A stretch of DNA of 46,309 bases, from assembly GCA_029254395.1 (NCBI GenBank), contig JAQWXQ010000056.1, forward strand, positions 1 to 46,309. The letters are read 5' to 3'. Made by a program: the position numbers and the translations under genes. Shown here one piece after another: positions 9,668 through 19,493 of this stretch. This stretch comes from SAR86 cluster bacterium. Its GTDB lineage: Bacteria; Pseudomonadota; Gammaproteobacteria; Magnimaribacterales; D2472. The notes under the pieces were generated by a model that had not been told where the DNA came from, searched no databases, and saw nothing but the letters and a program-made list of their open reading frames with translations. Within the stretch, counting starts at the first letter, position 1. Every line of letters starts with the position of its first letter.

Positions 9668-10129
9668 ATGTTAAAAATTATAAAATCTACAGAAATAGAC
9701 TCAGTTATTGGACAAGAAGTAGGTGTATCTGATTGGATTACTATTGATCAAGATAGGATTAATAAATTTGCTGAAGCAACGCTTGACGATCAGTTTATCC
9801 ATACAGATCCAGAAAAGGCTACACCAGTATTTGGATCCACTATAGCGCATGGGTTTCTTTCTTTATCACTTGTTGCAGGCATACCATTCTCACAAAATAT
9901 TGGTCTTGTGCTTGAAGGAACAAAAATGGCACTAAATTATGGTCTAGACAAAGTAAGGTTTTTAAGCCCCGTTCCAGTGAATTCTGAAGTAAAAATAAGA
10001 ATGAAGTGCATAGAAATTAATGAGAAGAATCCAGGGCAGTTTTTAGCAAAAACCGAAGTCACAATGGAAATAAAAGGTGTCGATAAACCTGCATTTGTTG
10101 CAGAAACTTTAAGCATGTATGTGCTCTAA
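9668..10129 (+). CDS. MaoC-like (R)-specific enoyl-CoA hydratase / hot-dog fold dehydratase
   Basis: 153 aa. It has the MaoC motif (FAEATLDDQFIHTDPEKA) and hot-dog size. The start codon is adjacent to the stop of the acyl-CoA synthetase, so the two are likely an operon. Confidence 0.8.
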   Translation: MLKIIKSTEIDSVIGQEVGVSDWITIDQDRINKFAEATLDDQFIHTDPEKATPVFGSTIAHGFLSLSLVAGIPFSQNIGLVLEGTKMALNYGLDKVRFLSPVPVNSEVKIRMKCIEINEKNPGQFLAKTEVTMEIKGVDKPAFVAETLSMYVL

Positions 10130-10133
10130 GTAT

Positions 10134-11561
10134 TTAGGACAAAAGCTTTCTTAAAATCTCATTTACGCTTTTTGGGCTAGCTTTACCTTGGGTTTCTTTC
10201 ATAACTTGACCAACAAAAAAACCAAATAGCCTATCTTTCCCATTTTTGAATGCCTCAACTTGTTTTGGGTTGGCATCTATAATTTTTTGTCCAATTTCTT
10301 CTAGCAATGATTCGTCTTGAATTTGAACCAAGCCCTTGTTTTGGATAATTTCATCTACATCATTTCCTGAATCCCAAACTTCCTCTAATACAGATTTAGC
10401 TATTTTTCCAGATATAGTATCATCTGATATTCTTTCAACCATCTTTGCAAAATTATTAGGTGTTAGCTTTGATTCATCTATATCAATCCCATCCTTATTC
10501 AATAATGCACTTACATCCCCTACAAGCCAGTTAGCTACAAGCTTTGAATCATCTGTCTTTAAACAGGCTTCTTCAAACATATTAGCCATAGTTTTTGATG
10601 AGGCTATTATTTTTGCTTCAGCAATGTCCAAGGAGTTGTCAGTGACGTACCTTTTTTCTTTTTGTTCAGGAAGCTCAGGCAGATTACTTCTAATGTTATT
10701 TAATTCTTCATCAGTAATAACTACAGGTAAAAGATCTGGACAAGGAAAATACCTATAATCATTTGCCTCTTCCTTAGATCTCATAGACCTAGTCTCATTT
10801 TTTACACTATCGTATAATCGAGTCTCTTGAACTACCGACCCACCTGATTCAATAATCCTTATTTGCCTCTCAACTTCATGATTAATTGCTCTCTCAATAA
10901 ACTTAAAGGAGTTTATATTTTTGATTTCAGCTCTAGTTCCTAATTTTTCTTCACCTTCTTTTTTTATAGAAACATTCACATCACACCTCATAGAGCCTTG
11001 TGCCATATTCCCATCACAAATATCTAAGAAAGTTACAAGCTGCCTTATAGCTTTAAAGTAAGCCACTGCCTCCTTTGCATTTGAAATTTCTGGTTCTGAC
11101 ACTATTTCTAAAAGGGGGGTGCCTGCGCGATTAAGGTCCACACCCGTTTCACCTTCAAATAAATCATGTATTGATTTACCTGCATCTTCCTCTAAATGCG
11201 CTCTCGTGATATTAATAATTTTTTCGACACCATCAACTTCTATTTTTATCGATCCCTCTCCCACAATAGGCAATGCCATCTGTGTTATTTGGTATCCTTT
11301 AGGCAAATCAGGGTAAAAATAGTTTTTTCTATCAAACGTAGATGTTTGGTTAATTACAGCATTGGTAGCCAAACCAAACCTAATTGCTTTTAAAAAAGCT
11401 TCCTTGTTAGCAACTGGCAGCACTCCTGGTAAGCCCATATCTATTAGATCAACATGTGTATTAGGCTCTGCTCCAAAACCGGTTGACCCACCTGAGAATA
11501 GCTTTGATTTTGTTGAAAGCTGTGCATGAATTTCAAGACCTATGACTGTTTCCCAACTCAT
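10134..11561 (-). CDS. gatB: Asp-tRNA(Asn)/Glu-tRNA(Gln) amidotransferase subunit B
   Basis: 475 aa. The N-terminus [15 protein letters not shown] is diagnostic of GatB. The start overlaps the gatA stop by 4 nt. Confidence 0.95.
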   Translation of the reverse strand: MSWETVIGLEIHAQLSTKSKLFSGGSTGFGAEPNTHVDLIDMGLPGVLPVANKEAFLKAIRFGLATNAVINQTSTFDRKNYFYPDLPKGYQITQMALPIVGEGSIKIEVDGVEKIINITRAHLEEDAGKSIHDLFEGETGVDLNRAGTPLLEIVSEPEISNAKEAVAYFKAIRQLVTFLDICDGNMAQGSMRCDVNVSIKKEGEEKLGTRAEIKNINSFKFIERAINHEVERQIRIIESGGSVVQETRLYDSVKNETRSMRSKEEANDYRYFPCPDLLPVVITDEELNNIRSNLPELPEQKEKRYVTDNSLDIAEAKIIASSKTMANMFEEACLKTDDSKLVANWLVGDVSALLNKDGIDIDESKLTPNNFAKMVERISDDTISGKIAKSVLEEVWDSGNDVDEIIQNKGLVQIQDESLLEEIGQKIIDANPKQVEAFKNGKDRLFGFFVGQVMKETQGKASPKSVNEILRKLLS

Positions 11562-13012
11562 GATAGTTTAGTTCCTTTAGGAGTTTTTAGATGCCAATCT
11601 GTTGATTTTTGGAAACTATGAGCAACTTGTAAAATCTTTTTTTCATCTAAGAAATTACCTATTAGCTGAAGCCCAATTGGCTTATTATTTACCATTCCAT
11701 TTGGTAAAGACATAGCAGGAAGACCTGCGAGATTGGCTGGTATGGTAAAAAGATCCTCTAAATACATCTGAATAGGATCACTGCCTTTTGAGCCAGTCTC
11801 AAATGCAGCACCTCTTGTTGTTGGTGACATAATTACATCAACTTTCTTAAAAGCACTATCAAAATCATTTTTAATAAGCCTTCTTACTTGTTGAGCTTTT
11901 TTATAATATGCGTCGTAGAATCCTGCTGATAAGACATACGATCCTATTAAAATCCTTCTCTTGACTTCATCTCCAAATCCTTCAGATCTAGTTTTTATAT
12001 ATAACTCTTCTAAATTAATTGGATCTTTAGATCTATGCCCAAATTTAACACCATCGAATCTTGATAAGTTTGAAGAGCATTCCGCAGGAGCAACTACATA
12101 ATAAGCTGGTACAGATAGAGAAATATTTGGTAATGAAACTTCTATAAATTCAGCACCAAGGGACTCATAATGTTTTTTTGATTCTTCAAAAACAGAGACA
12201 ACATCAGTATCAAGCTGAGACATATCAAATTCTTTGACTATTCCAATTTTTAAACCCTTAATAGAAGAATCTAAGTCTTTTGTAAAATTAGGAACATCTT
12301 CGCTTAAGGATGTTGTATCTTTAGCATCATGCGAGCACATTTCATTGAGCATTATTGCACAGTCCTCTGCAGTTCTTGCCATTGGACCTGCTTGGTCAAG
12401 ACTAGATGCAAAGGCAATCATCCCCCATCTAGATATTCTTCCATAGGTTGGCTTTAATCCAGTAATACCACATAGCGAAGCTGGTTGTCTGATTGATCCC
12501 CCAGTATCTGTTCCTGTAGCTGCGGGAACTAAACCTGCTGCTACTGCTGAAGCAGAACCGCCTGAACTTCCACCAGGAACTAAATTTTGACCCCATGGAT
12601 TTCTCACTCCACCAAAAAAACTAGTTTCATTAGAGGATCCCATTGCAAATTCATCCATGTTAGTTTTCCCAACTGATATACAGCCAGCATTTTCTAAATT
12701 TTCAATAACAGTTGCAGAGTATGGCGGTATAAAATTGGATAATATGTTTGACCCACATGTAGTTCTGAGATTCTTAGTACAAAAAAGATCCTTTTGCGCA
12801 ATTGGAATTCCATGAAGTGCTGATTTTACTGGGCTATTTTCTATTTCAATAGATTTAGCAATTGCAGCTTCTTTGTTAAGTGTAATAAAAGCATTTAAGT
12901 CATTATTCTCATCAATTAATTTGTATGTTTCTTCTACTATTTCTTTTGATGATATTGCCTTACTATCAAGCATTGAGCGAAGCTCTGCTATCGTTTTATA
13001 CTGTATGCTCAT
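11558..13012 (-). CDS. gatA: Glutamyl-tRNA(Gln) amidotransferase subunit A
   Basis: 484 aa with the amidase signature [14 protein letters not shown]...[12 protein letters not shown]. Confidence 0.95.
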   Translation of the reverse strand: MSIQYKTIAELRSMLDSKAISSKEIVEETYKLIDENNDLNAFITLNKEAAIAKSIEIENSPVKSALHGIPIAQKDLFCTKNLRTTCGSNILSNFIPPYSATVIENLENAGCISVGKTNMDEFAMGSSNETSFFGGVRNPWGQNLVPGGSSGGSASAVAAGLVPAATGTDTGGSIRQPASLCGITGLKPTYGRISRWGMIAFASSLDQAGPMARTAEDCAIMLNEMCSHDAKDTTSLSEDVPNFTKDLDSSIKGLKIGIVKEFDMSQLDTDVVSVFEESKKHYESLGAEFIEVSLPNISLSVPAYYVVAPAECSSNLSRFDGVKFGHRSKDPINLEELYIKTRSEGFGDEVKRRILIGSYVLSAGFYDAYYKKAQQVRRLIKNDFDSAFKKVDVIMSPTTRGAAFETGSKGSDPIQMYLEDLFTIPANLAGLPAMSLPNGMVNNKPIGLQLIGNFLDEKKILQVAHSFQKSTDWHLKTPKGTKLS

Positions 13013-13290
13013 TCAACAACTCTTGGAACTAAAAAATAATCTTCATTAGACTTTGGAGCTCTTTCTAGAAACACATCTTTTCTATTTTTAGCTGTTACTT
13101 CGTCTGATCTTGTCTTGGCAGTTTTTTCTAATGGGCTTGTGAGAGGGGCTATATTTTCAACATTTACATCATCTAGCTGATCAACAAATTTAATGATATT
13201 CTCAAGATCTGAGGTAATTTTCTCTTCATTGTCTGAGTTGAGCTTAAGTCTTGATAAGTAAGCTATATTTGCAACTGTTTTCTTGTCCAT
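13009..13290 (-). CDS. gatC: Glutamyl-tRNA(Gln) amidotransferase subunit C
   Basis: 93 aa, first gene of the gatCAB operon, overlapping gatA by 4 nt. It has the typical AYLSRLKL...VDQLDDVNV pattern. Confidence 0.9.
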   Translation of the reverse strand: MDKKTVANIAYLSRLKLNSDNEEKITSDLENIIKFVDQLDDVNVENIAPLTSPLEKTAKTRSDEVTAKNRKDVFLERAPKSNEDYFLVPRVVE

Positions 13291-13368
13291 ATATAGGATA
13301 TTATATTATTTAGAAGCCGAATATTAACTCAACTAGAGTATTATTAACATTATTTTTTAAGGAAAAGC

Positions 13369-14418
13369 GTGGATTTCAATATATTTAAAACTATTAGAGG
13401 GTACTTCTCTAATGATCTTTCTATCGATTTAGGAACAGCTAACACATTGATATACACAAAAGATGTAGGAATTGTTCTTGATGAGCCATCTGTAGTTGCT
13501 ATAAGGGAATCACGTGGCCAAAAAACAGTAGTAGCTGTTGGAACTGAGGCTAAGAAAATGCTTGGAAGAACTCCAGGTAATATAAAAGCAATAAGACCAT
13601 TATCAGAAGGGGTTATTGCAGACTTTCAGGTTACTGAAAAAATGCTTCAACACTTTATCGCAAAAGTTCATGAGCAACGATTTATAAAACCAAGTCCCAG
13701 AGTTCTTGTTTGTGTTCCTTGCAGATCAACCCAGGTTGAAAGAAGGGCAATTCGCGAGTCTGTATTGGGAGCAGGAGCTAGAGATGTCAAGCTCATTGAA
13801 GAGCCAATGGCTGCTGCTATTGGTGCAGGATTGCCTGTAGAAGAGGCAAGTGGAAATATGGTTGTAGATATAGGAGGCGGTACTTCAGAGATTGCTATTC
13901 TTTCCTTAAATGGTGTTGTTTACGCAGAGTCTGTAAAAATTGGTGGTGATAAAATGGATGAGTCCATTACATCATGGATAAGAAGAAATTATGGCTGTGT
14001 TATTGGAGAATCAACCTCCGAAAAAATAAAACATACTATAGGCTGCGCCACGCCGGAATCTGAAAAAAAAGAAATGTCTATAACAGGAAGAAATTTAGCA
14101 GAAGGTATACCTGAAACTTTCACTGTGAATAGCGAGCAAGCATTTGATGCTATGAAAGATCCATTGTATGGAATAGTAAGAGCTATAAGAAATGCTTTAG
14201 AGCTCTCACCTCCTGAACTTGCAGCTGATATAGCTGAAAGAGGTATTGTTTTAACTGGTGGAGGGGCTTTGATGAGAGATCTAGATAAGTTAATTGCAAA
14301 CTCTACAGGCATTCCTGTAATTGTTGCAGAAGACCCTTTAACATGCGTAGCTAGAGGTGGAGGCCAAGCCCTTGAAATAATGGATAAATATAATATAGAC
14401 CTTCTTTCTTCAGAGTAA
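13369..14418 (+). CDS. mreB: Rod-shape-determining actin homologue MreB
   Basis: 349 aa. [17 protein letters not shown] and the actin-fold phosphate motifs ([10 protein letters not shown]) are near-identical in pattern to E. coli MreB. It uses a GTG start preceded by AAGGAAAAG. Confidence 0.95.
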   Translation: MDFNIFKTIRGYFSNDLSIDLGTANTLIYTKDVGIVLDEPSVVAIRESRGQKTVVAVGTEAKKMLGRTPGNIKAIRPLSEGVIADFQVTEKMLQHFIAKVHEQRFIKPSPRVLVCVPCRSTQVERRAIRESVLGAGARDVKLIEEPMAAAIGAGLPVEEASGNMVVDIGGGTSEIAILSLNGVVYAESVKIGGDKMDESITSWIRRNYGCVIGESTSEKIKHTIGCATPESEKKEMSITGRNLAEGIPETFTVNSEQAFDAMKDPLYGIVRAIRNALELSPPELAADIAERGIVLTGGGALMRDLDKLIANSTGIPVIVAEDPLTCVARGGGQALEIMDKYNIDLLSSE

Positions 14419-14422
14419 GTTT

Positions 14423-15256
14423 ATGGCGAACTATGCGCCCAATACATCAGTCTTTTCATATGTATTTTTTGTCTTGCTATCCTCTTTTTTGCTTTACCTA
14501 GATTTTACAAACGAAACATTCTCAAAACCAAAAAATACTTATAAAACATCTGTTCTGTCATTAAATTATTTTATTAAAAATTATATTTTTGAACCATTAG
14601 TGCAATTCCCAGAATTGCTCCATTCAAAAAAAAATCTTATCAAACAAAATAATGATTTAAGGTTACAGGTTGAAAAAGAATATATTTCAAATTTTGTATT
14701 ATCAAAAAATAATGATTTTTTTCTTAATGAATCTAAACTAAATGCTCTTGTTGATAAAGAAAATAATCTGAATAAAGTAATTATCTCAAAGCTTATAAAA
14801 TTTGATACAAATAATTATTTTTGTTGCAGCAATCATAGGTTATTTATAAAACCCATTTCAGATGAGGCAACAGAACCCTTGCAAAGCGCTATCATTAACT
14901 CGCAAGGTTTAATTGGTCAAATTATTTATGATCTGAATGGTATCTACGAAGTGATGTTACTTACAGATATAAAACATTCAACACCAGTTTTTTCAGAAAA
15001 TTTTCATTGCAATGCAAAAGGTAGCGGTAAACCAGGGATTATTACTTGTATATATAGTGAATTAATTTGGGATGAGCAATTTGCAATTGGCCAAAAATTT
15101 TATTCCTCTGGCCTCGGTGGCATTTTCCCAAAAAATATTCTTATAGGAGATATATTAGACATAAAAAACATTTCAGCTTCTGAAAAAGAAGTTGTTTTAA
15201 AACTTAAAGTAAACCCAATAACAGAAAACCTATTTGGCATCGTGGTTAGCTCATGA
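14423..15256 (+). CDS. mreC: Rod-shape-determining protein MreC
   Basis: 277 aa with an N-terminal TM helix, a coiled-coil segment (NNDLRLQVEKE) and a C-terminal beta domain with GLGGIFPKNILIG. It lies between mreB and mreD. Confidence 0.75.
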   Translation: MANYAPNTSVFSYVFFVLLSSFLLYLDFTNETFSKPKNTYKTSVLSLNYFIKNYIFEPLVQFPELLHSKKNLIKQNNDLRLQVEKEYISNFVLSKNNDFFLNESKLNALVDKENNLNKVIISKLIKFDTNNYFCCSNHRLFIKPISDEATEPLQSAIINSQGLIGQIIYDLNGIYEVMLLTDIKHSTPVFSENFHCNAKGSGKPGIITCIYSELIWDEQFAIGQKFYSSGLGGIFPKNILIGDILDIKNISASEKEVVLKLKVNPITENLFGIVVSS

Positions 15257-15735
15257 GAGAAGATAGCACGCTAAAAATACTCTTTTTAATTGTTTTGGCA
15301 TACAACATAGAAGTTTTCATAAATCCTATTTTTATGAATGTTAATATCATCATACCTTTTTCATTTTTGACATATTCCTATTTTGCATACAAAGATAAAA
15401 ATGGATTTACCGCTTCATCTTCATTTTTAATAGGCTTACTTATGGACCTTGTAACCGGTTCCTATATTGGATTGAATGGACTTATTTATTGCATGACAAC
15501 TTATGTTATTAATAGTTACAAATATGTCTTCAGACTATTTTCTTATCTTCAGATATCTATTTTTTTTGGAATAATTGCCTCAACATATGTCGCGCTTACT
15601 CACCTTTTTGTAAATATTAATAATTTCTCATACCTAACATTACTCTTAACATTGATTGGTAACACAATATTTAGTTTCCTAATATCAATAGCAAGAGTAT
15701 ATAAACCAATCATATTTAAAAGAAGAGGCATATAA
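15253..15735 (+). CDS. mreD: Rod-shape-determining protein MreD
   Basis: 160 aa, polytopic and hydrophobic. It overlaps the mreC stop by 4 nt and follows the canonical mreBCD order. Confidence 0.7.
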   Translation: MREDSTLKILFLIVLAYNIEVFINPIFMNVNIIIPFSFLTYSYFAYKDKNGFTASSSFLIGLLMDLVTGSYIGLNGLIYCMTTYVINSYKYVFRLFSYLQISIFFGIIASTYVALTHLFVNINNFSYLTLLLTLIGNTIFSFLISIARVYKPIIFKRRGI

Positions 15736-15738
15736 ATA

Positions 15739-18132
15739 ATGCTTTTATTGAAAGCTGTTTTAAAAAAAGCATCGCTAACAGTAGCCTCATTGATCTCATT
15801 ATTTTTATTTTTGATCTTAACTATCATTATCTTGTTAACCAGCTATCCAAAACATGGCATAACATTGATTGATAAATTATTCATACACTCATATGAATTA
15901 AGCTTTCAAGAGATTCAGCTCAAAAGCATATTTTCGAACCCATATATAAAAGCCTCTGGCATTGAAATAACTAATGATACGCAAATTATAGAAATTCAAG
16001 ATTTTGAATTATCTTTTAAGCTCTTAGACTTTGTTCTAGAAGACCGTTTTATTTTGAATAGACTTCACTTAAATGGCTATAAAGTAACAAAAAATAATAC
16101 TGATACTTCTGAGGCAAAAAATAATACAAATACAAATATATTGAATGGAAGCGACCTACTCATAAATACAAATGCATTAAAATTATCAGCTTCAAGTTAT
16201 TACTTTAGGTCTAATCAAAACAAAAGTTCAATCGTTCTTGTAAATGGAATAATTAATAAAGTACCTTTCAAGGATCTTAATTTGTTGATTGAAGCTAATG
16301 GCGATATTTTTTACTCAGGCAATCATGATCTTGATGCAAGTAATCTTGATGACCTTGGCATAATAAAGATGTCTTCATTCAAAGTTGCAGAAATCAATGC
16401 GTACATTGAAAGCAGGGGATATGTAAGCATTAGCAAACCCTCAAAAAATACATCAACATATAAAATAAAACTATCCAATACCAACCTCACCTTTAAATCT
16501 GGTTATTCAGTGAGTAATATCAACTCACTCCTTTATTCAGATTTTCAAAATAACCTTTTTGGTAAGTTCACATCCTCACTGCCTTTACAGGATGTAATCC
16601 AAGACATTAGTGGAAATGTTACCTACCAAAAAAATATTGGGCTTGAACTATTTTCAGATTTTTCCTTTAATATGAGCAAAATTTTAAAAGAAAATAATTA
16701 TTTCAGCCTTTCAGGAAAAGAATCATTCCAAACAAAGCTAAAGATCACTAATGATCAAATTATATCTCTTTCGCTAAAGACAGACTTGCAAAATACAAAT
16801 GTTTATTCAAGCATCGATGAAATATCAAAACCAGTTGGAGAACCACTATTAACAACAATCAATATCCCAAATCTTACAAAACCGTCATATAAAATTTCTA
16901 ATAATTTATTTAAAGTATTCATTGATAGTGATGGTAAGAGTGGCTATTTTTCTTATGGTTTTGAAGAGAAAGCTAGTATGAAAAGATTAAAAGGGTTTCA
17001 GATATTTTTGAATCTTAAAGAATTTGATTTTTCTTCAATTTCTTTTGATTCTAATGACAGCGGTGAGACATTTGTAAAGCGAATTTTTTTAAAAGCCAAT
17101 AAATTTAAATTACTTAATAATTCTTTTAAAAACCAGGAAATAGATGTTTCTTTTGACGAAGAAATGTATGGAACATTTGTTGGTCCTGATTTAAACGGAG
17201 AAATTGTTATTGATAAAACAGGCTTTGCAAAAGTAACACTAAATAATAGTAACTTTAATACTTTAGATTTTATGTCTAAAAATGCTGAAACATCATCTTA
17301 TGTTAACGGCTCATCAATTATAAATATGAGGATTATTGGAAATAAAATTGGATTGAAAGGAGAAACTTTTGAAAAAGTTAACTTCTACCTCCTCAGAAAT
17401 GAAAGTTTAATTACAATAGATAACCTGGAGATTAAAAGTCAGTTTTTAAATGTATCTTCATTGGAAACTGGTGAAAGATCTTTTTTAAGTTACTCATTCC
17501 CAAATGATCAATACAAGGTAAGAGGTTTGTTTGAACTAGACGGCAAATCAGATATTTTCAACGATGTGATAAATTATAATTTTGACTATTTAAAGACCGG
17601 TATGAGTATTCAGTGGACTAGCATCGGCGAACTTAATAATCTTGAGGGAAAGATCAGCTTTTTAACCAAAAATTTTTCTATAGATAACGATATACCAAAT
17701 TCAGCTTTCTTAAATACTCTTAAGATTTTAAATCTTGATGCCATCGTAAAAAACTTAGATTCCGATACCAGAAGGCAAGACTTAGGTTTATTAAATCTCA
17801 CAAGGGCTTCTGGCGATATCCTTTTCAGCAAAAAAAGAGGTTTGATATCTAACCCAATATCTATAGAAACTGATGAAGCTAAAATGTTATGGGTAGGAGA
17901 AATTCTAAAAAATGAAATGGGGTCTTTGGAAATGTTAAATTTAGATATGTCGTTACGAATTAAAATTTCTGAGAATCTACCATGGTATGCAGCTATATTT
18001 GGCGGCATTCCAGCAGTTGCTGGAACCTTAGTTTTTCAAGATTTATTTGAAGAAAACATAGATGCAGCATCCTCTATATCTTTTAAGGTTGATGGGACAA
18101 TTAAAAACCCAGAGTTAGTTAGACTAAATTAA
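15739..18132 (+). CDS. YhdP/AsmA-like envelope protein, short form (N-terminal TM anchor, long beta-rich periplasmic body)
   Basis: 797 aa with a single N-terminal TM helix (LTVASLISLFLFLILTIIILL). The body is Asn/Ser/Lys-rich and predicted beta-rich. The hydrophobic C-terminal segment WYAAIFGGIPAVAGTLVFQDLF...FKVDGTIKNPEL resembles the YhdP C-terminus as I recall it. It occupies the locus downstream of mreBCD where yhdP lies in E. coli and Pseudomonas (after maf-rng, which are absent here). The assignment rests on position and architecture, not on a strong motif. Confidence 0.45.
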   Translation: MLLLKAVLKKASLTVASLISLFLFLILTIIILLTSYPKHGITLIDKLFIHSYELSFQEIQLKSIFSNPYIKASGIEITNDTQIIEIQDFELSFKLLDFVLEDRFILNRLHLNGYKVTKNNTDTSEAKNNTNTNILNGSDLLINTNALKLSASSYYFRSNQNKSSIVLVNGIINKVPFKDLNLLIEANGDIFYSGNHDLDASNLDDLGIIKMSSFKVAEINAYIESRGYVSISKPSKNTSTYKIKLSNTNLTFKSGYSVSNINSLLYSDFQNNLFGKFTSSLPLQDVIQDISGNVTYQKNIGLELFSDFSFNMSKILKENNYFSLSGKESFQTKLKITNDQIISLSLKTDLQNTNVYSSIDEISKPVGEPLLTTINIPNLTKPSYKISNNLFKVFIDSDGKSGYFSYGFEEKASMKRLKGFQIFLNLKEFDFSSISFDSNDSGETFVKRIFLKANKFKLLNNSFKNQEIDVSFDEEMYGTFVGPDLNGEIVIDKTGFAKVTLNNSNFNTLDFMSKNAETSSYVNGSSIINMRIIGNKIGLKGETFEKVNFYLLRNESLITIDNLEIKSQFLNVSSLETGERSFLSYSFPNDQYKVRGLFELDGKSDIFNDVINYNFDYLKTGMSIQWTSIGELNNLEGKISFLTKNFSIDNDIPNSAFLNTLKILNLDAIVKNLDSDTRRQDLGLLNLTRASGDILFSKKRGLISNPISIETDEAKMLWVGEILKNEMGSLEMLNLDMSLRIKISENLPWYAAIFGGIPAVAGTLVFQDLFEENIDAASSISFKVDGTIKNPELVRLN

Positions 18133-19464
18133 AAATAATGTTGCAAGCCCTAGAAAGGACAAGAATCCAACAACATCTGTAACAGTCGTAACGACGACTG
18201 ATCCGGAAATAGCAGGGTCTTGATTTAATTTTCTTAGTATCAGAGGCACAAATACTCCTGCAAAGACTGAACTTATTAAATTTATTATTAATGCGCCTGA
18301 TATCAATACAGATAAAATCAAGTTTTGAAACCAAAAATAGGTTATCAGACCAACTAGAAAAGATAAGACAATCCCATTAACAATGGAAACAGCAAGCTCT
18401 CTTTTAAACAACCATCTAATATTTGAGCTATTTATCTGACCCAGGGTTAAACCTCTTAGAACTATAGTCAAAGTTTGAGTTGCAGCAACTCCTCCCATGC
18501 TGGCAACGATGGGCATAAGAACAGCTAAATAAACAACTTTATCTAGCGTTTCTTGAAATATATTAATTGATAATGAGGCTATAAAAGCAGTTAATAAATT
18601 CATGCTCAACCAAAAAACTCTACTTTTTGCAGCTCTTCCTGGTGGTGCAAAAGTATCTTCTGCAACACCAGCCATACCCAAGAAATTTTGATCTGCATCC
18701 TCTAATATAACGTCAACAACATCATCAATTGTTATTCTTCCTAGAAGCTCACCTTTTGAGTTTATAACTGCAGAGGAAATTAAATTATTTCTTTCGAATT
18801 TTGTTGCCACATTTTTATCACTTTCAGTCACTAGAATTGGACTAATGTTTGGCGTAATAAGGTTATCAATTTTTTCAGATATTTCAGAAGTAATAATTTT
18901 ACTGATAGATATTTCACCTAAATATTTATCATCTTTAGATACAACAAAAATCTTATCTGTATTTTCTGGAAGATCTTTTTGTTCTCTTAAATATCTTGTA
19001 ACAACGTCAACTGTATGATTTGGCCGAACGCTCAGTACATCGGTATTTAATAATCCTCCCGCGGTATCATCTGGATATATGAGGCCTTGCTCAATTCTAT
19101 TTCTGTCTCTAAGTGACATTTTTGAAAGTATCATCTGCATTCTTTCTTCTGGTAAATTATGCAGAATATCTACCACTTCATCCAGCTCAAGCTCTTTAAC
19201 CGCCTCTGAAAGCTCATCATTTGATATTTTTGAAAGAAGATCTTGTTGAATTTCTTCACCCAGTTCAGTGAGAACATCTCCTTCTTCACTAGTATCTATG
19301 AGTGAGAATAGAAGCTTTCTTTGCTCTGGAGGAGACGATTCAAGTGCATGAGCTATTTCTGACGAATGCATTGATTTTAAAATATTTTTTATCTGATTGA
19401 GAGATAACTCCTTGCTGTTGGCATCTAAAATAGCCTGAAGTTTATCTTGATCAATGGAGCTCAT
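18124..19464 (-). CDS. mgtE: Magnesium transporter MgtE
   Basis: 446 aa with the MgtE N-domain, a CBS pair and five C-terminal TM helices carrying GNVGGAQ-like (SMGGVAATQ) and DPAISGSVVVTTVTDVVGF motifs. Confidence 0.9.
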   Translation of the reverse strand: MSSIDQDKLQAILDANSKELSLNQIKNILKSMHSSEIAHALESSPPEQRKLLFSLIDTSEEGDVLTELGEEIQQDLLSKISNDELSEAVKELELDEVVDILHNLPEERMQMILSKMSLRDRNRIEQGLIYPDDTAGGLLNTDVLSVRPNHTVDVVTRYLREQKDLPENTDKIFVVSKDDKYLGEISISKIITSEISEKIDNLITPNISPILVTESDKNVATKFERNNLISSAVINSKGELLGRITIDDVVDVILEDADQNFLGMAGVAEDTFAPPGRAAKSRVFWLSMNLLTAFIASLSINIFQETLDKVVYLAVLMPIVASMGGVAATQTLTIVLRGLTLGQINSSNIRWLFKRELAVSIVNGIVLSFLVGLITYFWFQNLILSVLISGALIINLISSVFAGVFVPLILRKLNQDPAISGSVVVTTVTDVVGFLSFLGLATLFLI

Positions 19465-19493
19465 AGATTAATTCTAACCTAATAAAAATTTAT

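Noticed and set aside
16081-16200. Asn/Thr/Lys-rich low-complexity stretch (…NNTDTSEAKNNTNTNILNG…) that looks repeat-like at the DNA level.
   Set aside because: This is compositional low complexity of an AT-rich genome inside the YhdP-like ORF. It has no exact tandem or interspersed repeat unit and no CRISPR-like spacing.
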